The notes under the pieces are model-generated. The model ran no database searches. It had not been told where the DNA came from and saw nothing but the letters and a program-made list of their open reading frames with translations. Below, one piece after another: positions 28,573 to 38,422 of a stretch of 64,000 nt of DNA. The DNA is from Candidatus Zambryskibacteria bacterium RIFCSPLOWO2_01_FULL_39_39. Its GTDB lineage: Bacteria; Patescibacteriota; Minisyncoccia; Phycocordibacterales; WO2-35-19. The position numbers and the translations under genes were made by a program. The stretch is from assembly GCA_001823925.1 (NCBI GenBank), contig MHWB01000009.1:25086-89085 (forward strand). The letters run 5' to 3'. The stretch's first letter is position 1. Each line of letters opens with the position of its first letter.

Positions 28573-30006
28573 CTAGTTATTAATGGTTGTTTGGACATAG
28601 ATTTTTGAAGGGTTTTTGGGAAAAGACTGTTTCCAGACAGGTCTTACTGTGGCGGTTATGCTTAAAATCCCAGCAAATTCATCCATAAGCTTCCGCGCAT
28701 CCCCTTTTGGAGCACCTAGAAGTCTTTGGCTTATAATGTTTGTGTCTATGTCTGCCACTATGGTAGCTTGGCCCCCTATTTGCAGGTTTATTTTGTCGCT
28801 TGTCTCAAAATCACCGGGCGTGTTCATAATTTTCAAAAGAGAAAAATCGTTTATAATGGGTTTGATATTACTCCAATCGGTAGAATTTGAGATGTATTCG
28901 TTTATTATTTTTTTAGATAAATCTTGCTTATTGAGCATTATGGCGTAGGCCGTTACCTCTTTCCCTATAAGTACAGATGAGGTTTCTTCTTTTTGAGATA
29001 ATTCTCTGGATTTATATATTATAGAATCTGAAAGTAGGGTAAGTCCGTCAGGTATTTTTGTTTCCAAACTTTTTTTAAGATTAATTTTCGCCTCTGTATC
29101 AATATTTTGGAGGGCGGTTTGTTTGTCTGCGGGAGCCACCGTCTTTCTCTTACCTATAAAACCATTTGTTATATCTGTAGAAGACCTAGCATAAAAGTTT
29201 TTGAAACGAGCGGCATCATTTTTAAATCCAGGAATGGTGAAATCAGATTTTTTGATGTTATATTTTTCTCCGGCTTCATCGGCAAAAATCTCTACTTCTA
29301 CACTACCTGGAGTCCCTACCCCACCTTTAACTATTTTACCGGGGACGATAACTGATTCTGGTATTCTATAAATAAGGCCCTCGGGGTTTTCAAATCTAGT
29401 GCGAACAATGAGTCTTTGTGGTTCAGAAGAGAAATTGTTATAGATAACAATTTTCCCAGATGCCTTTAACTCAACAGCTTCCTCGCCCGTCGCTTCAACG
29501 GAGACTGTCTTTAATTCTGACAGTTTGATGACTTCAAATCTGACATCGCTTTCCATTACTTCATTTTTTGCGCCGACTATTTTTGTATCCACTGCTACTC
29601 GCTCTGTCTTAGGATTGATAGATATAGTAGCTGAAGCAAAGACGGTCATCATGCTTACAACAAAAACAGCAATCAAAATAACAATGATTGTTCCAAAAAC
29701 AAAAGTTTTTCTTTTTGATTTGCGGAAAAGACCATCTTGTTGTTTTGACTCACTCTTGTCTTTGGGATAATAGTATTCGTAGGCATCATTATTTTTTATG
29801 TCTCTTGTTTCAGATATTTTGGAACTTAAATTTGAGACTGGAGCTTCTTCTGGCGCAACAAAAGGAGTGGGTTCCGTCTTTTGAACAGAATCTTTTATGG
29901 TTATAGGAATGGTTGATACTTTCCTTTTGCCACCGTTCGGAATCGGGATATTGCGGATGCTTCTCCTCTCTGGAGGAGTGACGTCACTAAATTGAATTCT
30001 TGGCAT
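28573..30006 (-). CDS. membrane-anchored hypothetical protein with a large extracytoplasmic domain
   Basis: 477 aa with a single TM segment near residue 100. Confidence 0.45.
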   Translation of the reverse strand: MPRIQFSDVTPPERRSIRNIPIPNGGKRKVSTIPITIKDSVQKTEPTPFVAPEEAPVSNLSSKISETRDIKNNDAYEYYYPKDKSESKQQDGLFRKSKRKTFVFGTIIVILIAVFVVSMMTVFASATISINPKTERVAVDTKIVGAKNEVMESDVRFEVIKLSELKTVSVEATGEEAVELKASGKIVIYNNFSSEPQRLIVRTRFENPEGLIYRIPESVIVPGKIVKGGVGTPGSVEVEIFADEAGEKYNIKKSDFTIPGFKNDAARFKNFYARSSTDITNGFIGKRKTVAPADKQTALQNIDTEAKINLKKSLETKIPDGLTLLSDSIIYKSRELSQKEETSSVLIGKEVTAYAIMLNKQDLSKKIINEYISNSTDWSNIKPIINDFSLLKIMNTPGDFETSDKINLQIGGQATIVADIDTNIISQRLLGAPKGDARKLMDEFAGILSITATVRPVWKQSFPKNPSKIYVQTTINN

Positions 30007-30062
30007 GATTTGTATTATAAACCTTTATTTTGATTTATGTGCAACAAAGTTGTGGAAAAACT

Positions 30063-30134
30063 TAATAAAAAACAAAAACTACTATTCCTGCGTTAGGTCA
30101 TCAAGGATAAGGCTCTTGGAACAGTAGTTTTTGT
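30063..30134 (-). terminator. long hairpin downstream of alaS (21-bp stem, 29-nt loop) followed by a T-run
   Basis: AAAAACAAAAACTACTATTCC pairs with GGAACAGTAGTTTTTGTTTTT (one mismatch). Confidence 0.4.
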
Positions 30135-30137
30135 TTT

Positions 30138-31979
30138 TTATTCTAGTATTGCTTTAATACGGCGGATGCCGGCAGAGACAGCCTCTTCTTTAACAATTTT
30201 AAAAGTCCCAAGTTCTGAAGTATTTTGTATGTGTGGACCTCCACAAAATTCTTTTGAGTAAGCTTCTTCTAAGGATGGACCTATAAAATAAACAGAAACT
30301 TCATCTCCATATTTATCTCCAAAAGCATGGACCGCGCCGGTTTTTTCGGCATCAATCTTTTTCATTATGACTTTATTTACTGGTAGATTTTCAGCAATTT
30401 TTTGGTTTACGAGATCTTCCACTTTTTGTTTTTCTTCAGCGGTTAGTTTGCTGTCGTGATTAAAATCAAACCTGAGGCGTTCAGCCGTGATATTGCTTCC
30501 TCTTTGCATAACCTTTTCTCCTAAAACATTCTCCAATGCTTGGCGTAAAAGGTGTGTGGCGGTGTGAAGTTTTTTGGTCTCTTCTCCTGCGTCCGAAAGT
30601 CCACCCTTAAACATGCCAGCAGAAGAAGTGCGCGAGAGCTCTTGGTGTTTTTTTAATTCCTCATCATATTCTTGATTAAACTGATCACTTATTTTTAGAT
30701 GTGTTTTAAAATATTCTTCACTATTCTGTTTTTCTTTCAAAATATCAAGGAATACTTCCTTTGGAAGACCAAAAGATGAGAAAAACCAAAAAGCATTCAA
30801 TCCGGATATTATACGGGTGTAGGCATCTCTTATAGAATATCTTTTTTCAAATTCTTTAAGCCCATTCTCCAAAGTCTTTTCAAATTTTTCTTCTTCCTGA
30901 GACAAATTAGCAAAAATAAAATCTTTATTTTTAGAGAGTTCCGAATAAACATCTTTGTATATTCCTATTACTACTTCTGCTATTTCTTTGGTGAAAGATT
31001 TTAGACCAATTTGTTTGCCGTATCTGACAGCTCGTCTGATAAGTCTACGCAAAACATATCCCTGACCCGTATTAGAAGGAGTGATTCCCTTCTCATCTCC
31101 CAAGATGAATGTAGCTGCTTTCAGATGATCAGCAATTATACGCATCGCTTTAATATTTTCACCTTCATATTTTTTATCAGAAAGTTTTTCCATTTTTTCT
31201 ATAATTGGCCAAAATAAATCAGTTTTATAATTATCGTCTAAACCGTTCATAACCGTAAGTGTCCGCTCTAGTCCCATACCCGTATCAACATTTTGCTGTG
31301 TTAATAGTGCAAATTTTCCTTCTGTAGTTTTGTTGTATTGCATAAAAACATCATTCCATATTTCAAGCCATTTTGAGTTGTCGTCATTAAAGCTCTCGGG
31401 CACCTCTTCGCCCGCTTGCCCTGAGCTTGTCGAATGTGTCCAGTAAAACATTTCAGTGTCTCCACCGCAGGGGCCCGTCTCTCCGGCTGGCCCCCACCAA
31501 TTATTCTTCTTTGGCAATTTGGCAATTCTTTTTTCGGGAATACTTAAACTTTTCCAAGTCTCGTATGCCTCATTATCAAAAGGTGCGTCACTGTCCCCCG
31601 CAAAGACAGAAACGGCCAATCTATCCTTATCTAGTCCCAACCATTTTTGATCAGTTAAAAATTCATAGCTCCACTCTATTGCTTCTTTTTTAAAATAATC
31701 GCCGAGTGACCAGTTGCCGAGCATTTCAAAAAAAGTGTGATGAAAGCTATCACCAACTTCTTCAATGTCCCCTGTCCTAATGCATTTTTGAACATCTACA
31801 AGTCGTACTCCTAGCGGATGTTTTTCACCTAAGAGATATGGTACCAAGGGGTGCATGCCGGCAGTCGTAAAAAGTACCGTTGGATCATTTTCGGGCACAA
31901 GCGAAGCGCTCGGGATAATCTTATGTCCCTTCCCTTCAAAAAATTCCAAATATTTTTTTCTAATTTCTTCCGAGGTCAT
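30138..31979 (-). CDS. alaS: alanyl-tRNA synthetase, short form lacking the C-terminal C-Ala domain
   Basis: 613 aa. An AlaRS catalytic N-terminus runs into the editing domain (HTATHLL...CGGPH), and the protein stops there. Confidence 0.85.
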   Translation of the reverse strand: MTSEEIRKKYLEFFEGKGHKIIPSASLVPENDPTVLFTTAGMHPLVPYLLGEKHPLGVRLVDVQKCIRTGDIEEVGDSFHHTFFEMLGNWSLGDYFKKEAIEWSYEFLTDQKWLGLDKDRLAVSVFAGDSDAPFDNEAYETWKSLSIPEKRIAKLPKKNNWWGPAGETGPCGGDTEMFYWTHSTSSGQAGEEVPESFNDDNSKWLEIWNDVFMQYNKTTEGKFALLTQQNVDTGMGLERTLTVMNGLDDNYKTDLFWPIIEKMEKLSDKKYEGENIKAMRIIADHLKAATFILGDEKGITPSNTGQGYVLRRLIRRAVRYGKQIGLKSFTKEIAEVVIGIYKDVYSELSKNKDFIFANLSQEEEKFEKTLENGLKEFEKRYSIRDAYTRIISGLNAFWFFSSFGLPKEVFLDILKEKQNSEEYFKTHLKISDQFNQEYDEELKKHQELSRTSSAGMFKGGLSDAGEETKKLHTATHLLRQALENVLGEKVMQRGSNITAERLRFDFNHDSKLTAEEKQKVEDLVNQKIAENLPVNKVIMKKIDAEKTGAVHAFGDKYGDEVSVYFIGPSLEEAYSKEFCGGPHIQNTSELGTFKIVKEEAVSAGIRRIKAILE

Positions 31980-31994
31980 ATTTTAAATTATTGT

Positions 31995-32444
31995 TTAGGT
32001 TCTTTTGATATAAAATTTGTTTTGTAAGTAATTTTCAATAACTTCAAAACTAGGAAAATATCGCGGAGATGGTAATTTTTTTAAATCAAACCACTGCCAC
32101 TCAACAATTTCATCTGGCTCCATTACTTTTGCTTCTCCATGCCACTTTTCCGTGACAAGTCCAACTGTCATAAAATGAGCGTGCTCATTTTTACAGTTAT
32201 GGACAGAGATAACTTTGGGATCTTGTATAGTAATCCCTGTTTCTTCTTTCGTTTCTCTTATAGCGCCCTCTTCAAATGATTCTCCCCATTCGAGTTTTCC
32301 GCCCGGCAGGCACCACTCCCCACTACTACGGAAAGCCGAATCTGCTTTGTCTGGATCAGGATGCCGCATTCCTAAGAGGATTTTCCCCTCTTTTTTTAAG
32401 ATAATTCCAAACCCTGCACCTACCCTCTTTTTTTCTTCTGTCAT
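31995..32444 (-). CDS. NUDIX hydrolase
   Basis: 149 aa with the Nudix box GGKLEWGESFEEGAIRETKEETG. Confidence 0.75.
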   Translation of the reverse strand: MTEEKKRVGAGFGIILKKEGKILLGMRHPDPDKADSAFRSSGEWCLPGGKLEWGESFEEGAIRETKEETGITIQDPKVISVHNCKNEHAHFMTVGLVTEKWHGEAKVMEPDEIVEWQWFDLKKLPSPRYFPSFEVIENYLQNKFYIKRT

Positions 32445-32479
32445 AATTGTTAATTAAAAATAATTTAATATTTTCATAT

Positions 32480-33106
32480 TTATTTTTTACCTCTATTTAC
32501 CCACCAATCACTCTTTTGTCTTTCATTATCAAACCACCAGTCGTTAGAATCTGTTTCCATAATTTCTTTTGCAAGAGAAATTGCAAAAGGAGTTTTTAGT
32601 CGTTTTACTGCCGAACTTATCCACTTTAGAGCTCGTGTATTACCCGTATCAACTTCTTCTTTAAGTGCCAAGATCCATTCTAAATTATCCGCATCTTTTA
32701 CTAACACTGACTCTCTGCTCTGCCTTTCCTCGTACTCTTTTATTGTATCAAATACTTTTGCACCAAATGGTATTGAGTCTGCAATGTCCTTGTGCGCTTC
32801 TTCTTCCTTCCTATCAACATATTTCTGGTGTACATAATTTAAATCAGATATTCTAGTTTCGGAAATATCATGAAAAAGACACATCTGCAAAACTTTTGAT
32901 ATATCAACTTTGCCATCCATCTCTGCGAGCATATATCCTATAAAGCAAACTCTGTTTATGTGTTCTGCGACTGTCTGGTTGCCAGTACCTAAAAAGTGAA
33001 ATCCGCTCCTTGGGGTTCTTGCAAGGATCCCTACCTCAAAAAGAAAGTTAGTTATTTTTTTATTGTCACTTTCTTTTTCGGACACCTTTTTAGCACTCTT
33101 TTTCAT
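32480..33106 (-). CDS. HD-domain phosphohydrolase (YfbR-like)
   Basis: 208 aa with H...HD motifs (AEHINRV, LFHDISE). Confidence 0.65.
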   Translation of the reverse strand: MKKSAKKVSEKESDNKKITNFLFEVGILARTPRSGFHFLGTGNQTVAEHINRVCFIGYMLAEMDGKVDISKVLQMCLFHDISETRISDLNYVHQKYVDRKEEEAHKDIADSIPFGAKVFDTIKEYEERQSRESVLVKDADNLEWILALKEEVDTGNTRALKWISSAVKRLKTPFAISLAKEIMETDSNDWWFDNERQKSDWWVNRGKK

Positions 33107-33200
33107 ATCGCCATTTTACAACAAAAAGATGATATTTCCAATTTGATTTTAAGCAAATTTACAGGTATATTTGTGGGACTATTATTTTTAATTTCCAAAA

Positions 33201-34469
33201 ATGAATTATAAAAAGAAAGTATTAAAAAATGGTTTAAGGGTGATAGCGGTACCAATGAAAGCCTCTCCTTCGGTTACAGTGATGTCTTTGATTGAAGCTG
33301 GCTCAAAATATGAAAACAAGCAGAACAACGGTATCTCACACTTCTTGGAGCATATGTGTTTTAAGGGTACGGAGAAAAGGCTAAAAGCTATAGATATATC
33401 CAGAGAGTTTGATGCAATGGGTGCTCAAAATAATGCTTTTACTTCACAAGAAGTGACCGGCTATTGGGCCAAAGCTTCCAATAAACATACCGACCAAATT
33501 TTAGATATTATTTCTGATATGTACCTTCGTCCGACTTTCCCAGTCGCTGATTTGGAAACTGAAAAAGGGGTGATAGTAGAAGAAATAAATATGTATGAAG
33601 ATTTACCAAACAGACTAGTGCACGAGGTTTTTGATGAACTTCTGTATGGTGATCAACCTGCCGGTTGGTCTGTGGCTGGCACCAGAGAAAATGTCCGAGG
33701 GTTTGAGCGGGATGATTTTGTAAATTATAGAAAAAATCATTATGTGGCAAGCGCCACTACTGTAGTAGTAGCTGGAGATATTGATCCTGCTCTTATTTTT
33801 AAAAAAGTAAGCAAAGCTTTTGATGGTATGCCGGTAACCAAAAAAGTCGGTAAGAAAAAAGTCGTAGAAAAACAAAATGGGCCAATGGTTAAGTTGAGAT
33901 TTAAAGAAACAGACCAAACTCATCTGGTAATTGGCTTCAGGGCATATGACTTGTATGACAAAAAAACTCAAGCCTTGAGGATCCTTTCGGTAGTGCTTGG
34001 TAATGGTATGAGTTCTCGCCTTTTCCAGAAAATGAGAGAAGAACTTGGTATCTGTTATTACGTTAGGTCAGCCGTTGATGGGCTAACAGATCATGGGACC
34101 TTTCTGATCTCGGCAGGAGTTGATTCGAGCAGAGTGGAAGAGGGTGTCAAGGGAATTTTGGATGAGGTCAAAAAAATAAAGAGTGAAAAAGTGCCAGAGT
34201 CAGAGCTTCGCAAAGCCAAAGACTATCTTATTGGCAATATGTATTTGGGGCTGGAGTCCTCTGATGCCCAAGCAAACTTTTTTGGTTCTCAAGAAATAAT
34301 GAAAGAGAAAATAAAGACACCAAAAGAAGTAGAAAAAGAAATACAAAAAATAACCGCAAAAGATATTTCCAAAGTAGCCAAAGAGATAATCACAAACGAC
34401 AGACTCAATATGGCCATCGTCGGTAAATACAAAGACGAATCTCGCTTCAAAAAAATTTTGAAGATTTAA
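33201..34469 (+). CDS. M16-family zinc peptidase
   Basis: 422 aa with the inverted zinc motif HFLEHMCFKGT. Confidence 0.75.
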   Translation: MNYKKKVLKNGLRVIAVPMKASPSVTVMSLIEAGSKYENKQNNGISHFLEHMCFKGTEKRLKAIDISREFDAMGAQNNAFTSQEVTGYWAKASNKHTDQILDIISDMYLRPTFPVADLETEKGVIVEEINMYEDLPNRLVHEVFDELLYGDQPAGWSVAGTRENVRGFERDDFVNYRKNHYVASATTVVVAGDIDPALIFKKVSKAFDGMPVTKKVGKKKVVEKQNGPMVKLRFKETDQTHLVIGFRAYDLYDKKTQALRILSVVLGNGMSSRLFQKMREELGICYYVRSAVDGLTDHGTFLISAGVDSSRVEEGVKGILDEVKKIKSEKVPESELRKAKDYLIGNMYLGLESSDAQANFFGSQEIMKEKIKTPKEVEKEIQKITAKDISKVAKEIITNDRLNMAIVGKYKDESRFKKILKI

Positions 34470-34471
34470 TT

Positions 34472-35101
34472 TTACAAATCTTTCAAAACCTCAAAATCTT
34501 TTTTAAGTTGGTCTAAAGTGTGTGCGTTGTAGACTGCTACAGCGGGATGGTAGAGTGGGACTATTTTTACTTCATGATTTTTCCATCCCCACTTCGCTAA
34601 AGCTTCGCGGGGCACAGCAAAAATTTTGCCATGGTTTTTACTTATAGGTTCCAATTCAAACTCTAAACCCAACTTTGGCATAACATAGTACATAGAATAT
34701 CTACCAAGAGTTGCAATAACTTTTGGCTGTATTATTTCTATCTGTCTGTCTAGAAATGGTCCATAAATTTCTATTTCTTCTGGCAGAGGGTCGCGGTTCT
34801 GTGGGGGGCGATCTTTTACAATATTTGTCACATACACTTCCTCCCTCTTTATTCCCACAGATTCTAAAAGTTCGTTTAAAATATCTCCTGCTCTACCACA
34901 AAAAGGCCGGCCAGTCTTTGCCTCGTTTCTCCCCGGAGCTTCACCTATAAACATTATTTTTGCAAAATGACTCCCCTCGCCTATTACCGGCAGATTTTTA
35001 TTCTCAATTCTAAATTTATAAAGTGGCGACTTTTTAAGCGCTATCACTTCATCTCGTATTTTCCGCATAAGCTCTTTTCTTTCCTCTACTGTTTGAATCA
35101 T
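34472..35101 (-). CDS. uracil-DNA glycosylase, family 4
   Basis: 209 aa with the GEAPG...GRPFCGRAG motif. Confidence 0.8.
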   Translation of the reverse strand: MIQTVEERKELMRKIRDEVIALKKSPLYKFRIENKNLPVIGEGSHFAKIMFIGEAPGRNEAKTGRPFCGRAGDILNELLESVGIKREEVYVTNIVKDRPPQNRDPLPEEIEIYGPFLDRQIEIIQPKVIATLGRYSMYYVMPKLGLEFELEPISKNHGKIFAVPREALAKWGWKNHEVKIVPLYHPAVAVYNAHTLDQLKKDFEVLKDL

Positions 35102-35237
35102 ACGTTAATTCTACTCTCTGCTAGATTATATTTCAAAATTTGATTTTTTAGTCCAAATGTAGTAAAAAGATGAAGGAGGTATCAGATGATGCAATTTCAT
35201 TGGCGACGATGGCGACCGGACGAAAATCACGAATGCC

Positions 35238-35624
35238 ATGCGCCAGACAAGGTCCCTTGTGGACGCCATCAATGTGGCCTTACGGGATGTACGTGGTTCC
35301 GGACGATTAGGAGACCCGCCAAATGCCGAAACGCTCTTCTGGAATTTGATGCAAGCGTGGCACAACTCATTCCCGGGTAAATGTGTCCTCATAACACTTA
35401 CCCAAGAGAAAGACCACGATACGCAACAGCTTCGCGCTTGGTTCGGCGAACCAGCGAGCTTTCGATCCGGTTATGTTGATTCGATGGGTGAACATCTCAT
35501 CGCTCACGCTTCCGGACCATTAGCTGAGCTCAAAGAACTTATCCCGGTACTTTTGCCGATCGGGAAGATGGGAGAATTTAAGCAAGAACTCCAGAAAAAT
35601 GTTATTGCATGGTGTAGGATCTAA
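35238..35624 (+). CDS. GC-rich hypothetical ORF; the reading frame is ambiguous and it may be a frameshifted gene
   Basis: A 128-aa ORF. A 64-aa ORF in another frame starts at 35186 behind a strong AAGGAGG ribosome-binding site and overlaps it. The segment 35126-35680 is GC-richer than its surroundings. Confidence 0.25.
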   Translation: MRQTRSLVDAINVALRDVRGSGRLGDPPNAETLFWNLMQAWHNSFPGKCVLITLTQEKDHDTQQLRAWFGEPASFRSGYVDSMGEHLIAHASGPLAELKELIPVLLPIGKMGEFKQELQKNVIAWCRI

Positions 35625-35643
35625 CAAGCAAGAGAACTATGAG

Positions 35644-35675
35644 GGCGGTCCGCCTAGCCAGCGACCGCCTTTTTA
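35644..35675 (+). terminator. rho-independent terminator
   Basis: GGCGGTC...GACCGCC stem followed by TTTTT. Confidence 0.55.
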
Positions 35676-35766
35676 TATCAATAAAAAATAAACGAAAATT
35701 GCCTAAAAGTACCCATTTTACTAAAAATGATTTTTATTTTCACTAGAATTATGATAACATTTAAGT

Positions 35767-36006
35767 ATGACAAACAAACTAAAAAACAAACCTTTTTTCA
35801 TAATTGAATTTGAACGCGAAGAAGATAAAAGGTGGATAGCCGAGATTCCAAAATTACCCGGGGTCATGGCTTATGGCACCACTAAATCCGAGGCGAAACA
35901 AAAAGTTTACGCTATGGCTCTCCGCACCCTAGCAGATAAAATAGAACAAGGACGAAAATTCATACCCGTGATCAAATTATTTACATATGATATGGCACGC
36001 AGTTAA
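35767..36006 (+). CDS. hicB: HicB-family antitoxin
   Basis: 79-aa UPF0150/HicB-like sequence (FIIEFEREEDKRWIAEIPKLPGVMAYGTTKSEAKQ). Confidence 0.65.
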   Translation: MTNKLKNKPFFIIEFEREEDKRWIAEIPKLPGVMAYGTTKSEAKQKVYAMALRTLADKIEQGRKFIPVIKLFTYDMARS

Positions 36007-36196
36007 AGCATCGCACCTTCTCCGCTCCTTACTGAATTTAGGTTGGTCTATCAAAAGACAGAAAGGATCACACCGGATTCTTTCAAAACCAAGTTACCCC
36101 GATTTTACTTTTGCTTTTCATGACAGAGAAGAGATCGGGCCAAAAATGTTGGCTCGAATATCAAAACATACAGACCTTTTACCTAAAGATTTGTAA
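35987..36196 (+). CDS. hicA: HicA-family mRNA interferase toxin
   Basis: 69 aa with the HicA motif GW...RQKGSHRIL. It overlaps hicB by 20 nt. Confidence 0.65.
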   Translation: MIWHAVKASHLLRSLLNLGWSIKRQKGSHRILSKPSYPDFTFAFHDREEIGPKMLARISKHTDLLPKDL

Positions 36197-36198
36197 AT

Positions 36199-36465
36199 CT
36201 ATTTTATAACACCTTCCTGCTTTAACTTCCTGACTTTCTCGGTTCTACCTCTGTTGTATCCGCCAACTTTGCCATTACTTCTAATCACTCGATGACACGG
36301 GATGTCGGGATTATAATTTGTATTTAAAATATTACCTACTGCTCGGAAAGCTTTAGGTGACCCAGCTCTCTTAGCAACTTCTTTGTAAGTAAGAGTTTTA
36401 CCTTTTGGAATTTTCCTCACCACCTCAAAAACCTTTTGTTTGAATGCCTTTTTGTCTGCTTTCAT
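36199..36465 (-). CDS. MGMT-family DNA-binding domain protein (O6-alkylguanine alkyltransferase-like)
   Basis: 88 aa with the active-site PCHRV motif. Confidence 0.7.
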   Translation of the reverse strand: MKADKKAFKQKVFEVVRKIPKGKTLTYKEVAKRAGSPKAFRAVGNILNTNYNPDIPCHRVIRSNGKVGGYNRGRTEKVRKLKQEGVIK

Positions 36466-36528
36466 TTGAATAAAATTGTATCACGTTTATTAATATGTTA
36501 TCCTAATTTTAGAAGGGAGGCTCATGGT

Positions 36529-36816
36529 ATGGATAGTGTAACCAAATCTCCAGTGTTGGAATATAAGCTCTGTGTTAAAGAAGGCTTACCGGATTTTGAG
36601 GGGGAAAAATTTCGAATCTTTAAGGCTACTGATGACAAAGAGGCCATACTTTTCTCACAGAGCATTTTGAGTATAAACCAAGCTCTTACACCCCAAAACT
36701 TTTTAAAGGCTGGAGGAGTGGCTCTGTTTCGTGGAGATATCAAAATCTATCCTCCAGAGAACAAAACAACAGAAAAGAAAGTGGGAGGACTTCCTCTTCG
36801 TCCCCCAACCCATTGA
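36529..36816 (+). CDS. hypothetical protein
   Basis: 95 aa from the ATG at 36529, preceded by an AAGGGAGG ribosome-binding site. Upstream in-frame sequence would overlap the MGMT gene and is probably not translated. Confidence 0.4.
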   Translation: MDSVTKSPVLEYKLCVKEGLPDFEGEKFRIFKATDDKEAILFSQSILSINQALTPQNFLKAGGVALFRGDIKIYPPENKTTEKKVGGLPLRPPTH

Positions 36817-36846
36817 TACTACCAGTGGGTTATTTTTATGATGATT

Positions 36847-37584
36847 TTATTTTATCGCGTTAGCAACTGAATTTATATAGGAACAATACGCACACTCTGG
36901 AGCAGATTTTGGTAGTTCTTCTGCGTCTAAACATTTTTTCATATCTAGAAGTGTTTTTTCTATCCATTTGCCAGAGCCAATATAAGGAATAATTTTGACA
37001 TCAAATTCTAGCCTGCCGTCAAAAAATTCTCTATCTCTTTTGCCGTTGGCATATACGAAATAACCAGTGTCAGAAACTTCTAGATCGTTGTGCCTCAGGA
37101 GCCACTGATAAACTTCCATTTGTCTTTTGTATCCATCTTGCCACTCGGCGTCCAAGTTTACCTCTGTTTCTTTGCTGGTGGCTTTGTAATCAACCACTAT
37201 AAGTTTCCCATCTTTATCTATCCAAATATCATCTACGGCGCCAAAAATTACAAAATTGGCTGGCTCAAAAAACGCTTCTACCCCGGTAAAATTTTCTCGC
37301 CATTTATCCATTCTAGCGTCTGCGAAAGGTATAGCATCTATGCCATAACTTTCCATCAAAGGGTGGGGTGTTTTTTGTTTACGATAAATATCAAATTCTT
37401 TTTTAAGTAAAGTGTCTACGGCGCTATTTAGATTAAAAGGGAAGCCTTGTGGGCGAGAGACTCCAAGCCTTCTGTCTAAATAGAAACACCTCGGGCACTC
37501 TACAAACAAGTCAATCTTTGACCTGCTTATTTTAAAAAACTCCTTCGATTTTGGGTCATAAAGTTTTTTTCTATACCAAGCCAT
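36847..37584 (-). CDS. PD-(D/E)XK nuclease, Cas4/RecB-like, with a 4-Cys cluster
   Basis: 245 aa with GAVDDIW, VVDYKAT and QMEVYQW motifs. There is an N-terminal CPRC and a C-terminal CAYC. Confidence 0.6.
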   Translation of the reverse strand: MAWYRKKLYDPKSKEFFKISRSKIDLFVECPRCFYLDRRLGVSRPQGFPFNLNSAVDTLLKKEFDIYRKQKTPHPLMESYGIDAIPFADARMDKWRENFTGVEAFFEPANFVIFGAVDDIWIDKDGKLIVVDYKATSKETEVNLDAEWQDGYKRQMEVYQWLLRHNDLEVSDTGYFVYANGKRDREFFDGRLEFDVKIIPYIGSGKWIEKTLLDMKKCLDAEELPKSAPECAYCSYINSVANAIK

Positions 37585-37585
37585 T

Positions 37586-38422
37586 CTATTTTTGTATTAG
37601 ATTAATTTCCTCAAGCATTTTGGTAATTTTTTCTTGTGAGAGACCGGCTTGGCGCAAGATGTCGGGATTGTCACGAGCCTGTTTGCAAAGGACTACACCA
37701 GCTTGCATCAGAAGCTTTTCGTCGCTTGGAGTGCTACTGTTTAAACAAGTGATTGGGTGAAGCCCCGTCTCTTCTATCAAATCTTGCAGATTGCCTTGCT
37801 CCGGATAATTCCAACCAACTAATTTCATATTTCTACATTTGGCGTACTTCACCGCAGATTCTGAAAATTTGGTATTAGTTACCAACCAACCTTCATTGAG
37901 TTTTCTTTCACCCCCAAAATCAAAGATTTCTTTCTCCAAATCTTCCCACCTGGCTTTGACATAAAGCGCCACTTTAAGATCGGATTTTATACCGAGTTCG
38001 TTATGAAATTTGGCCTCCATCATTATGAGTTTTTCTTTATTCCAAGCGACAATATCTACTTCGTGTTCAGCGCATTGTCCCTTAGCGATGAAATCAGTCT
38101 GGGTTTCAAATCCCTTGGCTCGGAAGATTTCGGCCACAAATTGTTCAAATGGGAAACCAGTCGGGCCGAGCTCCATCACCGCTCTCCTCAAAGAATATCT
38201 GGCTGCATATTTTTTACCACCATCTTCTCTGCCCAAAAGTTCAAAAGCGTGTCTGTAAATATCTTTGGTGGTGGCATTGTCTTTGAGCTCTTTTTTTATT
38301 TGCTCTACAATATTATCAATCGTCACTTGGTCTGCTCCCGCTCGCCTTAAAGAGTCTTCTAGTTTTTGCGGGTTAAACTCCTCTCTTTCCCCAGTCGCTT
38401 TTATTATGTATTTGTTATTCAT
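37586..38422 (-). CDS. ATP-cone domain fused to an Mrr-like restriction endonuclease domain
   Basis: An N-terminal ATP-cone (KYIIKATGEREEFNPQKLEDSLRRAG) is followed by an Mrr_cat-like core (FEQFVAEIFRAKGFET...EHEVDIVAW...MEAKF). Its start overlaps the mnmA stop (ATGA). Confidence 0.5.
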   Translation of the reverse strand: MNNKYIIKATGEREEFNPQKLEDSLRRAGADQVTIDNIVEQIKKELKDNATTKDIYRHAFELLGREDGGKKYAARYSLRRAVMELGPTGFPFEQFVAEIFRAKGFETQTDFIAKGQCAEHEVDIVAWNKEKLIMMEAKFHNELGIKSDLKVALYVKARWEDLEKEIFDFGGERKLNEGWLVTNTKFSESAVKYAKCRNMKLVGWNYPEQGNLQDLIEETGLHPITCLNSSTPSDEKLLMQAGVVLCKQARDNPDILRQAGLSQEKITKMLEEINLIQK

